Shown here piece by piece: positions 11,701 through 24,785 of a stretch of DNA of 64,000 nt. Under the pieces are notes generated by a model that worked only from the letters and a program-made list of their open reading frames with translations, searched no databases and was not told the origin of the DNA. The stretch comes from Macrostomum lignano. Taxonomy: Eukaryota. The stretch's first letter is position 1; every line of letters starts with the position of its first letter. The translations under genes and the position numbers were made by a program. The stretch is from positions 62,001-126,000 of the forward strand of contig NIVC01001396.1 of assembly GCA_002269645.1 (NCBI GenBank). The letters run 5' to 3'.

Positions 11701-14057
11701 AATGTTTCTAAATTATCCCTTTACACTATAAAACCTTTGTTTCCATTATAAGAAACACATTGCAGCTAAGAAAAAGCATTTTCTGAACCACTGTTTTTTT
11801 ATTCATTTTGGCTTCAATTTTATATTCCTCCTAAAAAATGGTCAACTTTAAAAATAGACAGTGCAAAAAGTATAACAAAGCTAGACTTGCAGTTGGTGTC
11901 ATTTGAAAGAGCTCCTTTTTACCTTTTAAATGCATATTTTACTTTCATCCTGGCTTCTATAGTTTCTTTAAAATCGCCCTTGAAAAATTGAACTTTTTTC
12001 TTACTTTTTTGCCATTGGCACGCACTTCTTATAACTCACTGAAGTCCCTAATTCCAATTTTATCCACACAGATCTGTGTCAATAATTTCCTTAGTAGGCC
12101 TAGCTATAGTAATGATGTAATAGAAATGATAATAATAGTAATAATAATGCCAATATTGATTTAATGTTAATACCCAAAACTAAATACAAACAACTGCACC
12201 ATCTTAGCCGTGGGGATAAACTGAAAATTAGTGACATAGATCTATATGGATAAAATTAGAATTATTGGCATGGGACCATGGGTAGTGATAATGGATAATC
12301 ACTTCCATTAATATTAGCTTAAGCTTTGTAGCCTTTTTGCCTAAGCCACATATTATTACTATTACTTTATATAAGCCTATAAATTTGTGGTGTTTTGGCT
12401 TAGGCCCAGCCCCAAGTGACCAAAATTGGGACTTTGCAAATGGTATGCAGATCTTGCGCATATATTGTCAATTCAATTGCTTGCATTCAGATTGCATAGC
12501 AGATTGCAAGTGACTTATAATTGACTTGGCCTTATAATTTTTGCAGTTGGCTTATAATTGAATTATAATTATTGCATAATGTGTAATGCAAGCCATTTAC
12601 AAGTATTGCAATGAATAAATAAGCTTTGAGTCCTGACAAGTGGGTTATAATTGTAACAAGCAACTTGCTACTTGTAATTTGTTTATGGCTAGAGTTCCTG
12701 CATTGGAACCCATTCTCTAATAGCAATGAATCCAGCATTGCTAGTACCATATAAGAACATATAAAAAGACTAGGGCTACTAGGCCTAGTTTTAAGAACAT
12801 ATCTTTAGAAGTCTAAATATTAAAAGCATTTTGTTTCAAATAATATAATATTTTAAATATAAAAAAATTAAAGCAAAAATAGAAATATATTGAACTATTT
12901 TTGAAAAAAAACTCATAAATAAAACAGTATATCCTTGTGGTTTTGGCTACTAGTTTTATTAAGTTACTCTTAAGTAGATTTTAATTGGTTTGAATTTGAT
13001 TGGTAGAATGCTACCATTAGGTTCCTGATTTTCTCTAATTCTTGCATTTAGATATTAGATGATTAGGTAAACAATAAAGATAAGCCACTAATGTAGAATT
13101 AAAATTGTTAAAGAAAATTTTTATTATTGATAAAATTTCCTTTGTACAAGAGTTATTTTATAATAAATCCCTTTTCTGAATGCTTTGGCAAGACTCCCAG
13201 AGTTTGTTAAGAGGCAAGACTCGTCATTAATGCAATATTAATTCATAAGTTATGCCCCTTATTTCTCTTACCTTTAAATCCCTCTTGAAATTTCTAAGTT
13301 CAAAGACTATAAATGTAGGAACAATGCAATGCATTTCCTGAGAGCCCAACTGCTCTTTACTAGTAATGACTCCCACAAAAAACCCCAACTTAACCCAATT
13401 GCCAAGATTTCTGCAACTGAAACCTACTGTTAATAATATAAAAGCAAATGTGATCAGAATTCAGAGCAGAATTCATTGATTGTCTTTTTTCTAATATAAT
13501 TCCAAGCATAATATGAACTATAGAGCTAGATTAGCTACATATGTGGGTCAAGTGTTGTGTATATAAAAAAGACTCAAAGTTACAGATTACGTTTAATAGT
13601 TTCAATAAGTCTTGTTTTTTATCTTCTTTTGCATCTTAGTCTTTCCCTGCATCTTTGTCCTAATTTTATCTTTTTGAAGCATTATTTTTAATATTTACTT
13701 TAGCCAATTTATCTAACCATATTGACCAGGTATTGCAATTATGTATTAAATAATAATAGAAAATTCATACTAGAATTTGCAAAAAGTAGAAATTAAAATT
13801 TCATATCTGTTGAAGGTGAATATGCAAAGTTTTGAGAAAATATTTATTTTAAACAAGTCTTTACCTATTTTAAAGATGCTATTCAATGCAAGATGCATCC
13901 TTTATAGTATTTATATTATATTACAGTTTCATTTTAGAGTAATTCTTCAGAATATAATATAATCTCATTATTTATCATGTTATATACTGAAATTTGCTAA
14001 TATATTTGATTTGCTATGGTTATAAACTATAATTGCTTACCTTTCTGAGCAAATGTA

Positions 14058-17000
14058 ATGGGACCCAGGGCTGGCACAAAAGAATTCATTGAAGGCCTTA
14101 AAAAGCGCAAGTTTGCCAAGTAAGCTTAAATTATTTTGTTAATGGTCTCATTTTTAATGGAATTTTTATCAATTATTTCTATGATTTGTGTTGCCAACCT
14201 CCCAGATCCTCAGATGCTGGGCCAGCCTCCCAGATCCTCAGTTGCTGGGTCAGACTCTCAGATCCTCAGTTGCTGGGCCAGTCTCCCGGAATGTCAGTTG
14301 CTGGGCCAGTCTCCCGGAATGTCAGTTGCTGAGCCAGCCTCCCAGAGTGTCAGTTGCTGGGCCAGCCTCCCAGAGTGTCAGTTTCTGGGCCAGCCTCCCA
14401 GAGTGTCAGTTGCTGGGCCAGCCTCCCAGATCCTAATCCGCAACCCCCCCCCCCACCAAACCTGTCTCATCAGGTGCCAAGATGTGGTGGTGACAGCCAA
14501 AGGCCACGAGCTGGCAGACCTGATTGACAAGACCAGTTTCCGCCAGCCATTCCTTGTGCCGAGTCCCGAAGGTTTGGACTTGGTTGTGCCACCAGGCAGC
14601 TTCACCATTCGAGATGTTGTGGATTCCGTTGGCAAGGACCGCCTCGTTGACGTGATTGACGTACAAGAGCAGCACGACTTCAAGATGAGCATGGCCGATT
14701 TCTTTAATTGGTTCTATCAGGTGTGTTCGCAGAGTTGCTATTCGATCTTATTATCATGTAGATAATAATTACCGTTCTAAAACTAATAAATATGAATTTC
14801 ATGTAGTTCGATTAAGTCACTCCTAAAACCACTGAAAATTACCTATTCTAAAGAGTCGGTCATAATTCTCTTTTTCAGAATCACCAACAAATTCTCATTC
14901 TAAGAATCACCAACAAATTCTCATTCTAAGAATCGCTCACAAATCTTTATTCTAAGAATCGCCCACAACCCCCTCCATTCTAAGAATCGCCCACAACCCC
15001 CTCCATTCTAAGAATCGCCCACAAGATCCTCCATTCTAAGAATCGCCCACAAACCCCCATTCTAAGAATCGCCCACAATATCCTCCATTCTAAGAATCGC
15101 CCACAATATCCTCCATTCTAAGAATAGCCGACAAACAAACCACTAATCTAAGAATCGCCCACAAACCCCCCATTCTAAGAATCGCCCACAAACCCCCATT
15201 CTAAGAATCGCCCACAAGATCCTCCATTCTTAGAATCGCCCACACACCCCCGTTCTAACAATGGACCACAAACCCCCAATCTAAGAATCGCCCACAAATC
15301 CGCATTCTAAGAATCGCCGACAAACAAACCCCCATTCTAAGAATCGCCCACAAGATCCTCCATTCTAAGAATCGCCCACAAGATCCCCCATTCTAAGAAT
15401 AGCCGACAAACAAACCACTAATCTAAGAATCGCCCACAAACCCCCATTCTAAGAATCGCCCACAAACCCCCATTCTAAGAATCGCCCACAAGATCCTCCA
15501 TTCTTAGAATCGCCCACACACCCCCGTTCTAACAATGGACCACAAACCCCCAATCTAAGAATCGCCCACAAATCCGCATTCTAAGAATCGCCGACAAACA
15601 AACCCCCATTCTAAGAATCGCCCACAAGATCCTCCATTCTAAGAATCGCCCACAAACCCCCATTCTAAGAATAGCCGACAAACAACCACTAATCTAAGAA
15701 TCGCCGACAAACAAACTTCTAATCTAAGAATCGCCCACAAACCCCCATACTTAGAATCGCCCACAAACCCCCAATCTAAGAATCGCCCACAAACCCCCAA
15801 TCTAAGAATCGCCGACAAACAAACCACCATTCTAAGAATCGCCCACAAACCCGCATTCTAAGAATCGCCCACAAACCCCCAATCTAAGAATCGCCCACAA
15901 ACCCCATTCTAAGAATCGTCAACAAATCCCTAAAAATCGGGCCCACACAGGAAGACCGAGGCAACAAGATCTACAACGTGCTAAGCCTGGAGATTTCTGA
16001 GACTCGCCTGTCAAGCACGGTTGTACCGCCTAAACCAGTGAGAGACCTGAGCCTGGTTAACCGCTGCTGGCCAGACGAAAGCGGTCACCTAAGCGGCGAA
16101 GATTGCCCAGAAGATGACACCCGCAATAAGCCCGAAGTGTTGAAATTCTGCTTGATGAGCGCCGGTCACTCCTACACAGATTTTCACATCGATTTCGGCG
16201 GCTCTTCAGTTTGGTATCACATTCTCTGGGGCGAGAAAATCTTCTATTTAATACCGCCTAGCGACGTGAATTTAGATCGATACGAATCCTGGATGGAGTC
16301 GCCGGATAATTTGACCGAATTCCTTGGCGATCGGTGCCCTGGTCAGGTGTATCAACTGAGAGTTACTACCGGTAATACTATTGTTCTACCCTCTGGTTGG
16401 ATACACGCCGTGTACACGCCTATGGATAGCCTGGTGTTTGGCGGCAACTTCCTGCATTTGCACAGCGTTGAAATGCAGATTCGGTAAGCTCTCGGTCTCT
16501 GAATATCGCCCTAAGAATTACAAATCGCCGATAATCTATAAAATCGTCACCAATCTATACAAATTGCCGATTATCTGTAATAATCGCCCCTAGTCTATAA
16601 AATCGCCCCTAGTCTATAAAATTAATCCCTAATCTATAAAAATCGCTCCCTAATCTATAAAAATCGATCCCTAATCTATAAAAATCACCCTAGTCTATAT
16701 ACAAATCGCCCCTAGTCTATAAAAATCCCCATTAGTCTATAAAAATCGCCCCTAGTCTATAAAAATCGCCCCTAGTCTATAAAAATCGCCACCGATCTAT
16801 ACAAATCGCCTCTAATCTATAAAAATCGCCCCTAGTCTATAAAAATCGCCACCGATCTATACAAATCGCCTCTAATCTATAAAAATCGCCCCTAGTCTAT
16901 AAAAATCACCCTAGTCTATAAAAATCGCCGATAATCTATAAAAATCGATCCCTAACCTGTAAAAATCGTCCTAATCTATAAAAATCGCCCCTAATCTCTA

Positions 17001-20000
17001 AAAATCGCCCCTAATCTATAAAAATCGCCCCTAATCTCTAAAAATCGCCCCTAATCTATAAAAATCGCCCCTAATCTCTAAAAATCGCCCCTAATCTATA
17101 AAATTGGCCCACCTATGAAAAATACTCCGCTTCCCAAACCACGAGTTGGTACTAAAAACTGACCCCTTTTCCTACTAATTCTATGATTCAATATATATCG
17201 AACAAACCCATCCCAGCATCCACGAGATGGAGCAGCGCTTAGCTACGGAGCGCAGATTCCAGTTCCCAATGTTCGAAAAGCTGCACTGGTACGCGGCCCA
17301 GCTGTTTCTTGAACAGTACCAGGGCGACTTGGATGACCAGGCTTTGCCGGAATTCAGCCACGTTGAGAGCATGCGCTACCTGGTACAGGCTCTCGCCAGG
17401 TGGTACGACAAACGTCGAGGCAGTCCCTACCAAGCCGAGTACGTACCTGACAATCTCACACTGCCTCCCAGAGTGCTGCTGCGGGACTTCGACCGGCTTA
17501 TTGGACAGTTTTACCGGGTGCACTGTCGGCGCAGGGGGGACAGTGCTGGCGGCAAGGTTTGATGCTTGTCTATTAGTGGTCTCTGAGACTGAACCTTCAG
17601 CAACACCCTCCCAGATCCTCAGGCTGAACCTTCAGCAAAAACCTCCCAGATCCTCAGGCTGAACCTTCAGCAAAAACCTCCCAGATCCTCAGGCTGAACC
17701 TTCAGCAAAAACCTCCCAGATCCTCAGGCTCAACCTTCAGACACACCCTCCCAGATCCTCAGGCTGGGTCTTCAGCCTTCAGCCACACCCTCCCAGATCC
17801 TCAGGCTGAGCCTTCAGCCTTCAGCCACACCCTCCCAGATCCTCAGGCTGAGACTTCAGCAACACCCTCCCAGATCCTCAGGCTGGGCCTTCAGCCGCAC
17901 CCTCCCAGATCCTCAGGCTGAGCCTTCAGCCTTCAGCCACACCCTCCCAGATCCTCAGGCTGAGCCTTCAGCCTTCAGCCACACCCTTCCAGATCCTCAG
18001 GCTGAGCCTTCAGCCTTCAGCCACACCCTCCCAGATCCTCAGGCTGAGCCTTCAGCCTTCAGCCACACCCTCCCAGATCCTCAGGCTGAGCCTTCAGCCT
18101 TCAGCCACACCCTCCCAGATCCTCATGCTGAGCCTTCAGCCTTCAGCCACACCCTCCCAGAACCTTCAGCCACACCCTCCCAGAACCTTCAGCCACACCC
18201 TCCCAGAACCTTCAGCCACACCCTCCCAGATCCTCAGGCTGAACCTTCATTGATATCTTATAGGGGCTTAATTTTACTTGTAGCTGACCATTTCTTTCTA
18301 CTTTCCTCCTCGTGGTCTTCAGGGCGCAGGAAACGGCGGTCCCAAAGGCGGCGGCATCAAACTGAAAATCAAGCGCCAGCCAGAAAGCAAAGGCAGTCGA
18401 AAAATTGTCAAACACGTCATGTGAGTCCAAATAGAATTTGATAGATATGCTTTTATTTCTACTTAACTGCCCTGCGTCTTATAAGTAGTGTAGTGTGGAT
18501 ATAAATCAAATTATTGTTTTATTCCTTTTCTATAAATTCGCCTTCATTTAGCGAACAGGTGGACTCGATCACTGCTTCGAGTCCGAAACGAAATTTCGAC
18601 CAACGCGATAGCAGCGCCACTTCAAGCAAACAGCTTCACAAATACAAGAAGAAGCCTGGCAAAGGTTTAACTGCCAAGAAGCCTAATGAGTCATCTGCTG
18701 CCGGTAAACGACGGAAAACTTTGTCTAGCAGCGACAATCCGGTTGGAATTAACGAGGGCGACTCTTCGGCTAGCGACGAGGGTATTGATGTGGCCAAGTG
18801 CACCGAAGATGAGCAGTTCTGTGAGTAGCCTGGTGGCTTAGATATTGCTGGGTCTCTAATTAGGTTTGTGGGTCACTAATTAGGTTTGTGGGTCATTAAT
18901 TAGGTTTGTGGGTCACCAATTAGGTTTGTGGGTCACTAATTAGGTTTGTGGGTCTCTAATTAGGTTTGTGGGTCACTAATAAGGTTTGTGGGTCACCAAT
19001 TAGGTTTGTGGGTCTCTAATTAAGTTTGTGGGTCACTAATAAGGTTTGTGGGTCACTAATAAGGTTTGTGGATCACTAATAAGGTTTGTGGGTCACCAAT
19101 TAGGTTTGTGGGTCACTAATTAAGTTTGTGGGTCACTAATAAGGTTGGTGGGTCACTAATAAGGTTTGTGGGTCACTAATTAGGTTTGTGGGTCGCTAAT
19201 AAGGTCCGTGGGTCACTAATAAGGTTTGTGGGTCACTAATAAAGTTTGTCGGTCACTAATTCGGTTTGTGGGTCACTAATTGTGTTTGTAGGTCACTAGT
19301 AAGTTTGTAGCTCACTGCCCTCACTAATTATGTTTGTGGATCCCTAATTATGTTTGTTTGTAGCCTAATATAGCTCTCCGAATATGTAGCCTTTTTAGTG
19401 GGTCATTAAAACTCGACCCCGCAGTTCTCAATTGTTCATTTCACTGTGCTTTTTTTAATTACTATTTTAGACTACCCCACAGTGGAAGATTCAGACGAAG
19501 CTCGAGGCAGTGACAAAAATTGGAAGCCGAAGAGTCACTGTGAGTTCAGATTTTTTATTATGTATATTGTATTTCCTCTGGCATTTGCTCCGTGGAGGCA
19601 GAGCAGCTCTCACTGAAGGATCTAGCAGCTCTCCCTGAAGGATCTAGCAGCTCTCTCTGAAGGATCTAGCAGCTCTCACTGAAGTTAGGCTGAAGGATCT
19701 AGCAGCTCTCTCTGAAGGATCTAGCAGCTCTCACTGAAGTTAGGCTGAAGGATCTAGCAGCTCTCCCTGAAGTTAGGCTGAAGGATCTAGCAGCTCTCCC
19801 TGAAGGTAGGCCGAAGGATCTAGCAGCTCTCCCTGAAGTTAGGCTGAAGGATTTAGCAGCTCTTTCTGAAGGTAGGCTGAAGGATCTAGCAGCTCTCCCT
19901 GAAGGTAGGCTGAAGGATCTAGCAGGTCTCCCTGAAGGATCTAGCAGGTCTCTCTGAAGGATCTAGCAGCTCTCCCTGAAGGTAGGCTGAAGGATCTAGC

Positions 20001-20905
20001 AGCTCTCCCTAAAGTTAGGCTGAAGGATCTAGCAGCTCTCCTTGAAGCTAGGCTGAAGGATCTAGCAGGTCTCCCTGAAGGATCTAGCAGGTCTCCCTTA
20101 AGGATCTAGCAGGTCTCTCTGAAGGATCTAGCAGCTCTCACTGAAGGATCTAGCAGCTCTCCCTGAAGGATCTAGCAGCTCTCACTGAAGGATCTAGCAG
20201 CTCTCACTGAAGGATCTAGCAGCTCTCCCTAAAGGATCTAGCAGCTCTCACTGAAGGATCTAGCAGCTCTCACTGAAGGATCTAGCAGCTCTTCCTGAAG
20301 GATCTAGCAGCTCTTCCTGAAGGATCTAGCAGCTCGCCCTGTACGATCTAGCAGCTTTCCCTGAAGGATCTAGCAGCTTTCCCTGAAGGATCTAGCAGCT
20401 CTTCCTGAAGGATCTAGCAGCTCGCCCTGTACGATCTAGCAGCTTTCCCTGAAGGATCTAGCAGCTTTCCCTGAAGGATCTAGCAGCTTTCCCTGAAGGA
20501 TCTAGCAGCTCTCCCTGAAGGATCTAGCAGCTCTCCCTGAAGGATCTAGCAGCTTTCCTTGAAGGATCTAGCAGCTTTCCCTGAAGGATCTAGCAGCTCT
20601 CCCTGAAGGATCTAGCAGCTCTCTCTGAAGAATATAGCAGCTATACCTGAATTAAACCTGAAGGCCAATGTCCTTCTCCAAGGACTAGTCAATGACCTTC
20701 AAACGTCACAGAAAGCAAATCTTACTAAATAGAACACCAATTTTCAGCCGACAAGGCAAAGCTTCGTGAAATGCGTCACCCTGAACAGCAGCAGAAGCTG
20801 ACAACAAAGCCAAAATCTGTTGCAAGCAGCCATCATAATCATCAGCCCAGCACCGCCAAGCAACGCTTGGGCAAAAAACTCGGCTTGTTCAAGTCATCTC
20901 GATAA
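14058..20905 (+). CDS. KDM7/PHF8/PHF2-family JmjC histone lysine demethylase, ~591 aa
   Basis: Exons 14058-14119, 14474-14720, 15951-16483, 17217-17556, 18323-18420, 18552-18820, 19471-19539, 20748-20905; all GT-AG, phases compatible, 1776 nt. Motifs SYTDFHIDFGGSSVWYHILWGEK, GWIHAVYTP, FGGNFLH, YYPTVEDSDE..WKPK and C-terminal STAKQRLGKKL. The start codon is uncertain. Confidence 0.9.
14185..14430 (+). repeat. 28-nt minisatellite CCTCCCAGAGTGTCAGTTGCTGGGCCAG (KDM7 intron)
   Basis: Direct tandem copies. Confidence 0.9.
14870..15925 (+). repeat. ~26-nt minisatellite TTCTAAGAATCGCCCACAAACCCCCA (KDM7 intron)
   Basis: Direct tandem copies with higher-order duplication. Confidence 0.95.
16490..17105 (+). 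repeat. 20-nt minisatellite AAAAATCGCCCCTAGTCTAT (KDM7 intron)
   Basis: Direct tandem copies. Confidence 0.95.
17585..18245 (+). repeat. ~33-39-nt minisatellite CCCTCCCAGATCCTCAGGCTGARCCTTCAGC (KDM7 intron)
   Basis: Direct tandem copies; same family as 34965-36105. Confidence 0.95.
18855..19360 (+). repeat. 20-nt minisatellite TAATTAGGTTTGTGGGTCAC (KDM7 intron)
   Basis: Direct tandem copies. Confidence 0.95.
19605..20645 (+). repeat. 22-nt (variant 34-nt) minisatellite CTGAAGGATCTAGCAGCTCTCC (KDM7 intron)
   Basis: Direct tandem copies. Confidence 0.95.
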
Positions 20906-21834
20906 TTGACTTCGCCTCCAAATTGCCTGTTAATTAATTGCTTTTTTTCCAAATAGTTTACTCAGAGTTTAATTCTAGCAATATTGTCATAATTCCTAGT
21001 GGAGTTGCAACTCAACAAGGTGTAAAAAATTCTAGTTAACAGGTTAATTTGACTCTGCAATTTTTTTGGAATTGCGGTACAAAGTTTGAATCTGACTTTA
21101 ATCTGTTTAGCATTTTTTGTTATTATAATTTCGTTTTTTTCTCTGGTGTCTTTAGATATCACTCCCGACACTGCTGTTATTTTGTAGTTGACTAATTAAT
21201 TAATTAATTAATTTCCTGTCTGTTTCAAAATTTATCGACTGCATGCGCATGATCGGTGGTGTTACTTTGAGTAGTATGATGAATTCCTGGTTATTTAAAG
21301 TTGAACTGTACAGATATTATTGTAATTGTAAGTTGATAGAAATTGATCTATTATAAAATATTGTGTGCTAATGACACTACTTATTTGAGTAACGCAGCTA
21401 CGCTTTTTATAACAGTTTTTTGTCGTTTGTAAATAAAAAATGGTATATTACTTTATAATTGATCTGTGTAAATTTTAGCAAATTGTTTATGCGCGCGAAA
21501 AGCTTTACTCAGGCAGCAAAAGAGCGATTTCAGTCGTTCTGTTGTTAAACGAATTTCTGCCAACTCATAATTTAGTATACCATATAATTAATTCAAGTAA
21601 AGAATTTGTTCATTTTCTATTCTGTTGAAATAAAGTTAGTAAAATTGTGTGTTTTAATGATGAGGCATTTTAAACTGCTGCTGCAACTGCAACAAAATTA
21701 ACTGCTCATGTTCAATTAAACAATAATAATAATATCATACTGTTTTCGTTACCATTTGGTGACTGAAAAAACTTTTACAGTGAAGTATGAATAATAATAA
21801 AAATATTATATTTTATGATTTTTTATTTTTAATC

Positions 21835-22690
21835 ACCAATTCCTGCTTAGAATCGCCTTTAATCCCTGCTTAGAATCGCCGTGAATTCCTGTTCAGAATC
21901 GCCTTTAATCCCTGCTTAGAATCGCCTTTAATCCCTGCTCAGAATCTCCGTGAATCCCTGCTCAGAATCGCCTTTAATCCCTGCTTAGAATCGCCTTTAA
22001 TCCCTGCTTAGAATCGCCTTTAATCCCTGCTTAGAATCGCCTTTAATCCCTGCTTAGAATCGCCTTTAATCCCTGCTTAGAATCGCCTTTAATCCCTGCT
22101 TAGAATCGCCGTGAATCCCTGCTCAGAATCGCCTTTAATACCTGCTTAGAATCGCCATTGATCCCTTTTAGAATCGCCGTTAATCCCTGCTTAGAATCGC
22201 CGTTAATCCCTGCTTTTAATTGCCTTTAATCCCTGCTCAGAATCGCCGTTAATCCCTGCTTAGAATCGCCTTTAATCCCTGCTTAGAATCGCCTTTAATC
22301 CCTATATAGAATCGCCTTTAATCCCTGCTTAAAATCGCCGCTAATCCCTGCTCAGAATCGCTTTTAATCCCTGCTTAGAATCGCCATTGATCCCTTTTAG
22401 AATCGCCGTTAATCCCTGCTCAGAATCGCCGTTTATCCCTGCTTTTAATCGCCTTTAATCCCTGCTCAGAATCGCCGTTTATCCCTGCTTTTAATCGCCT
22501 TTAATCCCTGCTCAGAATCTCCGTGAATCCCTGCTCAGAATCGCCTTTAATCCCTGCTTAGAATCGCCTTTAATCCCTGCTTAGAATCGCCTTTAATCCC
22601 TACTTAGAATCGCCTTTAATCCCTGCTTAGAATCGCCTTTAATCCCTGCTTAGAATCGCCTTAATTCCCTGCTTAGAATCGCCGTTAATA
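21835..22690 (+). repeat. 23-nt minisatellite AATCCCTGCTTAGAATCGCCTTT
   Basis: Direct tandem copies, intergenic. Confidence 0.95.
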
Positions 22691-23264
22691 CCCGTTTTTT
22701 TGTTGCCGTTAAGTCATGCTTAGAATCGACTTATTGTCATAGTGGCTTGAATATTTAAGCAAAACGTTTTAAAGCTACTTAAATAAGTTAAATTTTAGAA
22801 GCATTATAAAGTCAAATCAAATTAAACATAATTTAGAGCAAAAGAGCATGTTTTCTCTTTTGTTAATCAAGCCTTAAGCTAAAGCTGTTATCTTCATCCT
22901 TGTTTAATTCACAACAATAGATAGTAAGCCTGTTCTCAATGGAAACAACCCTGTTACTCAAGGCAAATATGAATGCCAAACAACTGCAGCTTTTTGTGTC
23001 TCGTCAGCTCAGAAGAGGTAGAACAGGTCTTATTGTTTGTAGAATTTGTTAGACATTTTTCTATTGATAAGCACTGCAACTTTTGCAAGTAAGTCAAGGC
23101 AAAGATGCAATTGAACGCTTGCTTCTGCATGAAGCATCTGGCACTTGGCCTGCTGTCTACTTGTCTCTATTGTTTTGTAGCACCCTTGCTCGTCATTGAC
23201 TCGTCTAGCAAGTTAAAACCTTTGTTATGCAATAGGATGCAGCCCCAAGGGGATGCAGCCCCTT

Positions 23265-24785
23265 GTTGCTAAAGCCCCTTGGTGCTAAAGCCCCTTGGTG
23301 CTAAAGCCCCTTGTTGCTAAAGCCCCTTGGTGCTAAAGCCCCTTGTTGCTAAAGCCCCTTGGTGCTAAAGCCCCTTGTTGCTAAAGCCCCTTGGTGCTAA
23401 AGCCCCTTGTTGCTAAAGCCCCTTGGTGCTAAAGCCCCTTGGTGCTAAAGCCCCTTGTTGCTAAAGCCCCTTGGTGCTAAAGCCCCTTGGTGCTAAAGCC
23501 CCTTGGTGCTAAAGCCCCTTGGTGCTAAAGCCCCTTGGTGCTAAGGCCCTTGTTGCTAAAGCCCCTTGGTGCTAAAGTCCCTTGTTGCTAAAGCCCCTTG
23601 GTGCTAAAGCCCCTTGTTGCTAAAGCACCTTGGTGCTAAAGTCCCTTGTTGCTAAAGCCCCTTGGTGCTAAGGCCCTTGTTGCTAAAGCCCCTTGGTGCT
23701 AAAGCCCCTTGGTGCTAAAGCCCCTTGTTGCTAAAGCCCCTTGGTGCTAAAGCCCCTTGTTGCTAAAGCCCCTTGGTGCTAAAGCCCCTTGGTGCTAAAG
23801 CCCCTTGGTGCTAAAGCCCCTTGTTGCTAAAGCCCCTTGGTGCTAAAGCCCCTTGGTGCTAAAGCCCCTTGTTGCTAAAGCCCCTTGGTGCTAAAGCCCC
23901 TTGGTGCTAAAGCCCCTTGTTGCTAAAGCCCCTTGTTGCTAAAGCCCCTTGGTGCTAAAGCCCCTTGGTGCTAAAGCCCCTTGGTGCTAAAGCCCCTTGT
24001 TGCTAAAGCCCCTTGGTGCTAAAGCCCCTTGGTGCTAAAGCCCCTTGTTGCTAAAGCACCTTGGTGCTAAAGCCCCTTGGTGCTAAAGCCCCTTGTTGCT
24101 AAAGCCCCTTGGTGCTAAAGCACCTTGGTGCTAAAGCCCCTTGGTGATAAAGCCCCTTGGTGCTAAAGCCCCTTGTTGCTAAAGCCCCTTGGTGCTAAAG
24201 CCCCTTGTTGCTAAAGCCCCTTGGTGCTAAAGCCCCTTGGTGCTAAAGCCCCTTGGTGCTAAAGCCCCTTGGTGCTAAAGCCCCTTGTTGCTAAAGCCCC
24301 TTGTTGCTAAAGCCCCTTGTTGCTAAAGCACCTTGGTGCTAAAGCCCCTTGGTGCTAAAGCCCCTTGTTGCTAAAGCCCCTTGGTGCTAAAGCACCTTGG
24401 TGCTAAAGCCCCTTGGTGCTAAAGCCCCTTGTTGCTAAAGCCCCTTGGTACTAGAGCCCCTTGGTGCTAAAGCCCCTTGGTGCTAAAGCCCCTTGGTGCT
24501 AGAGCCCCTTGTTGCTAAAGCCCCTTGTTGCTAAAGCCCCTTGGTGCTAAAGCACCTTGGTGCTAAAGCCCCTTGTTGCTAAAGCCCCTTGGTACTAGAG
24601 CCCCTTGGTGCTAAAGCCCCTTGGTGCTAGAGCCCCTTGTTGCTAAAGCCCCTTGTTGCTAAAGCCCCTTGGTGCTAAAGCACCTTGGTGCTAGAGCCCC
24701 TTGTTGCTAAAGCCCCTTGTTGCTAAAGCCCCTTGGTGCTAAAGCACCTTGGTGCTAAAGCCCCTTGGTGCTAAAGCCCCTTGGT
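23265..24785 (+). repeat. 16-nt minisatellite GCTAAAGCCCCTTG(G/T)T
   Basis: Highly homogeneous array of about 1.5 kb. Confidence 0.97.
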
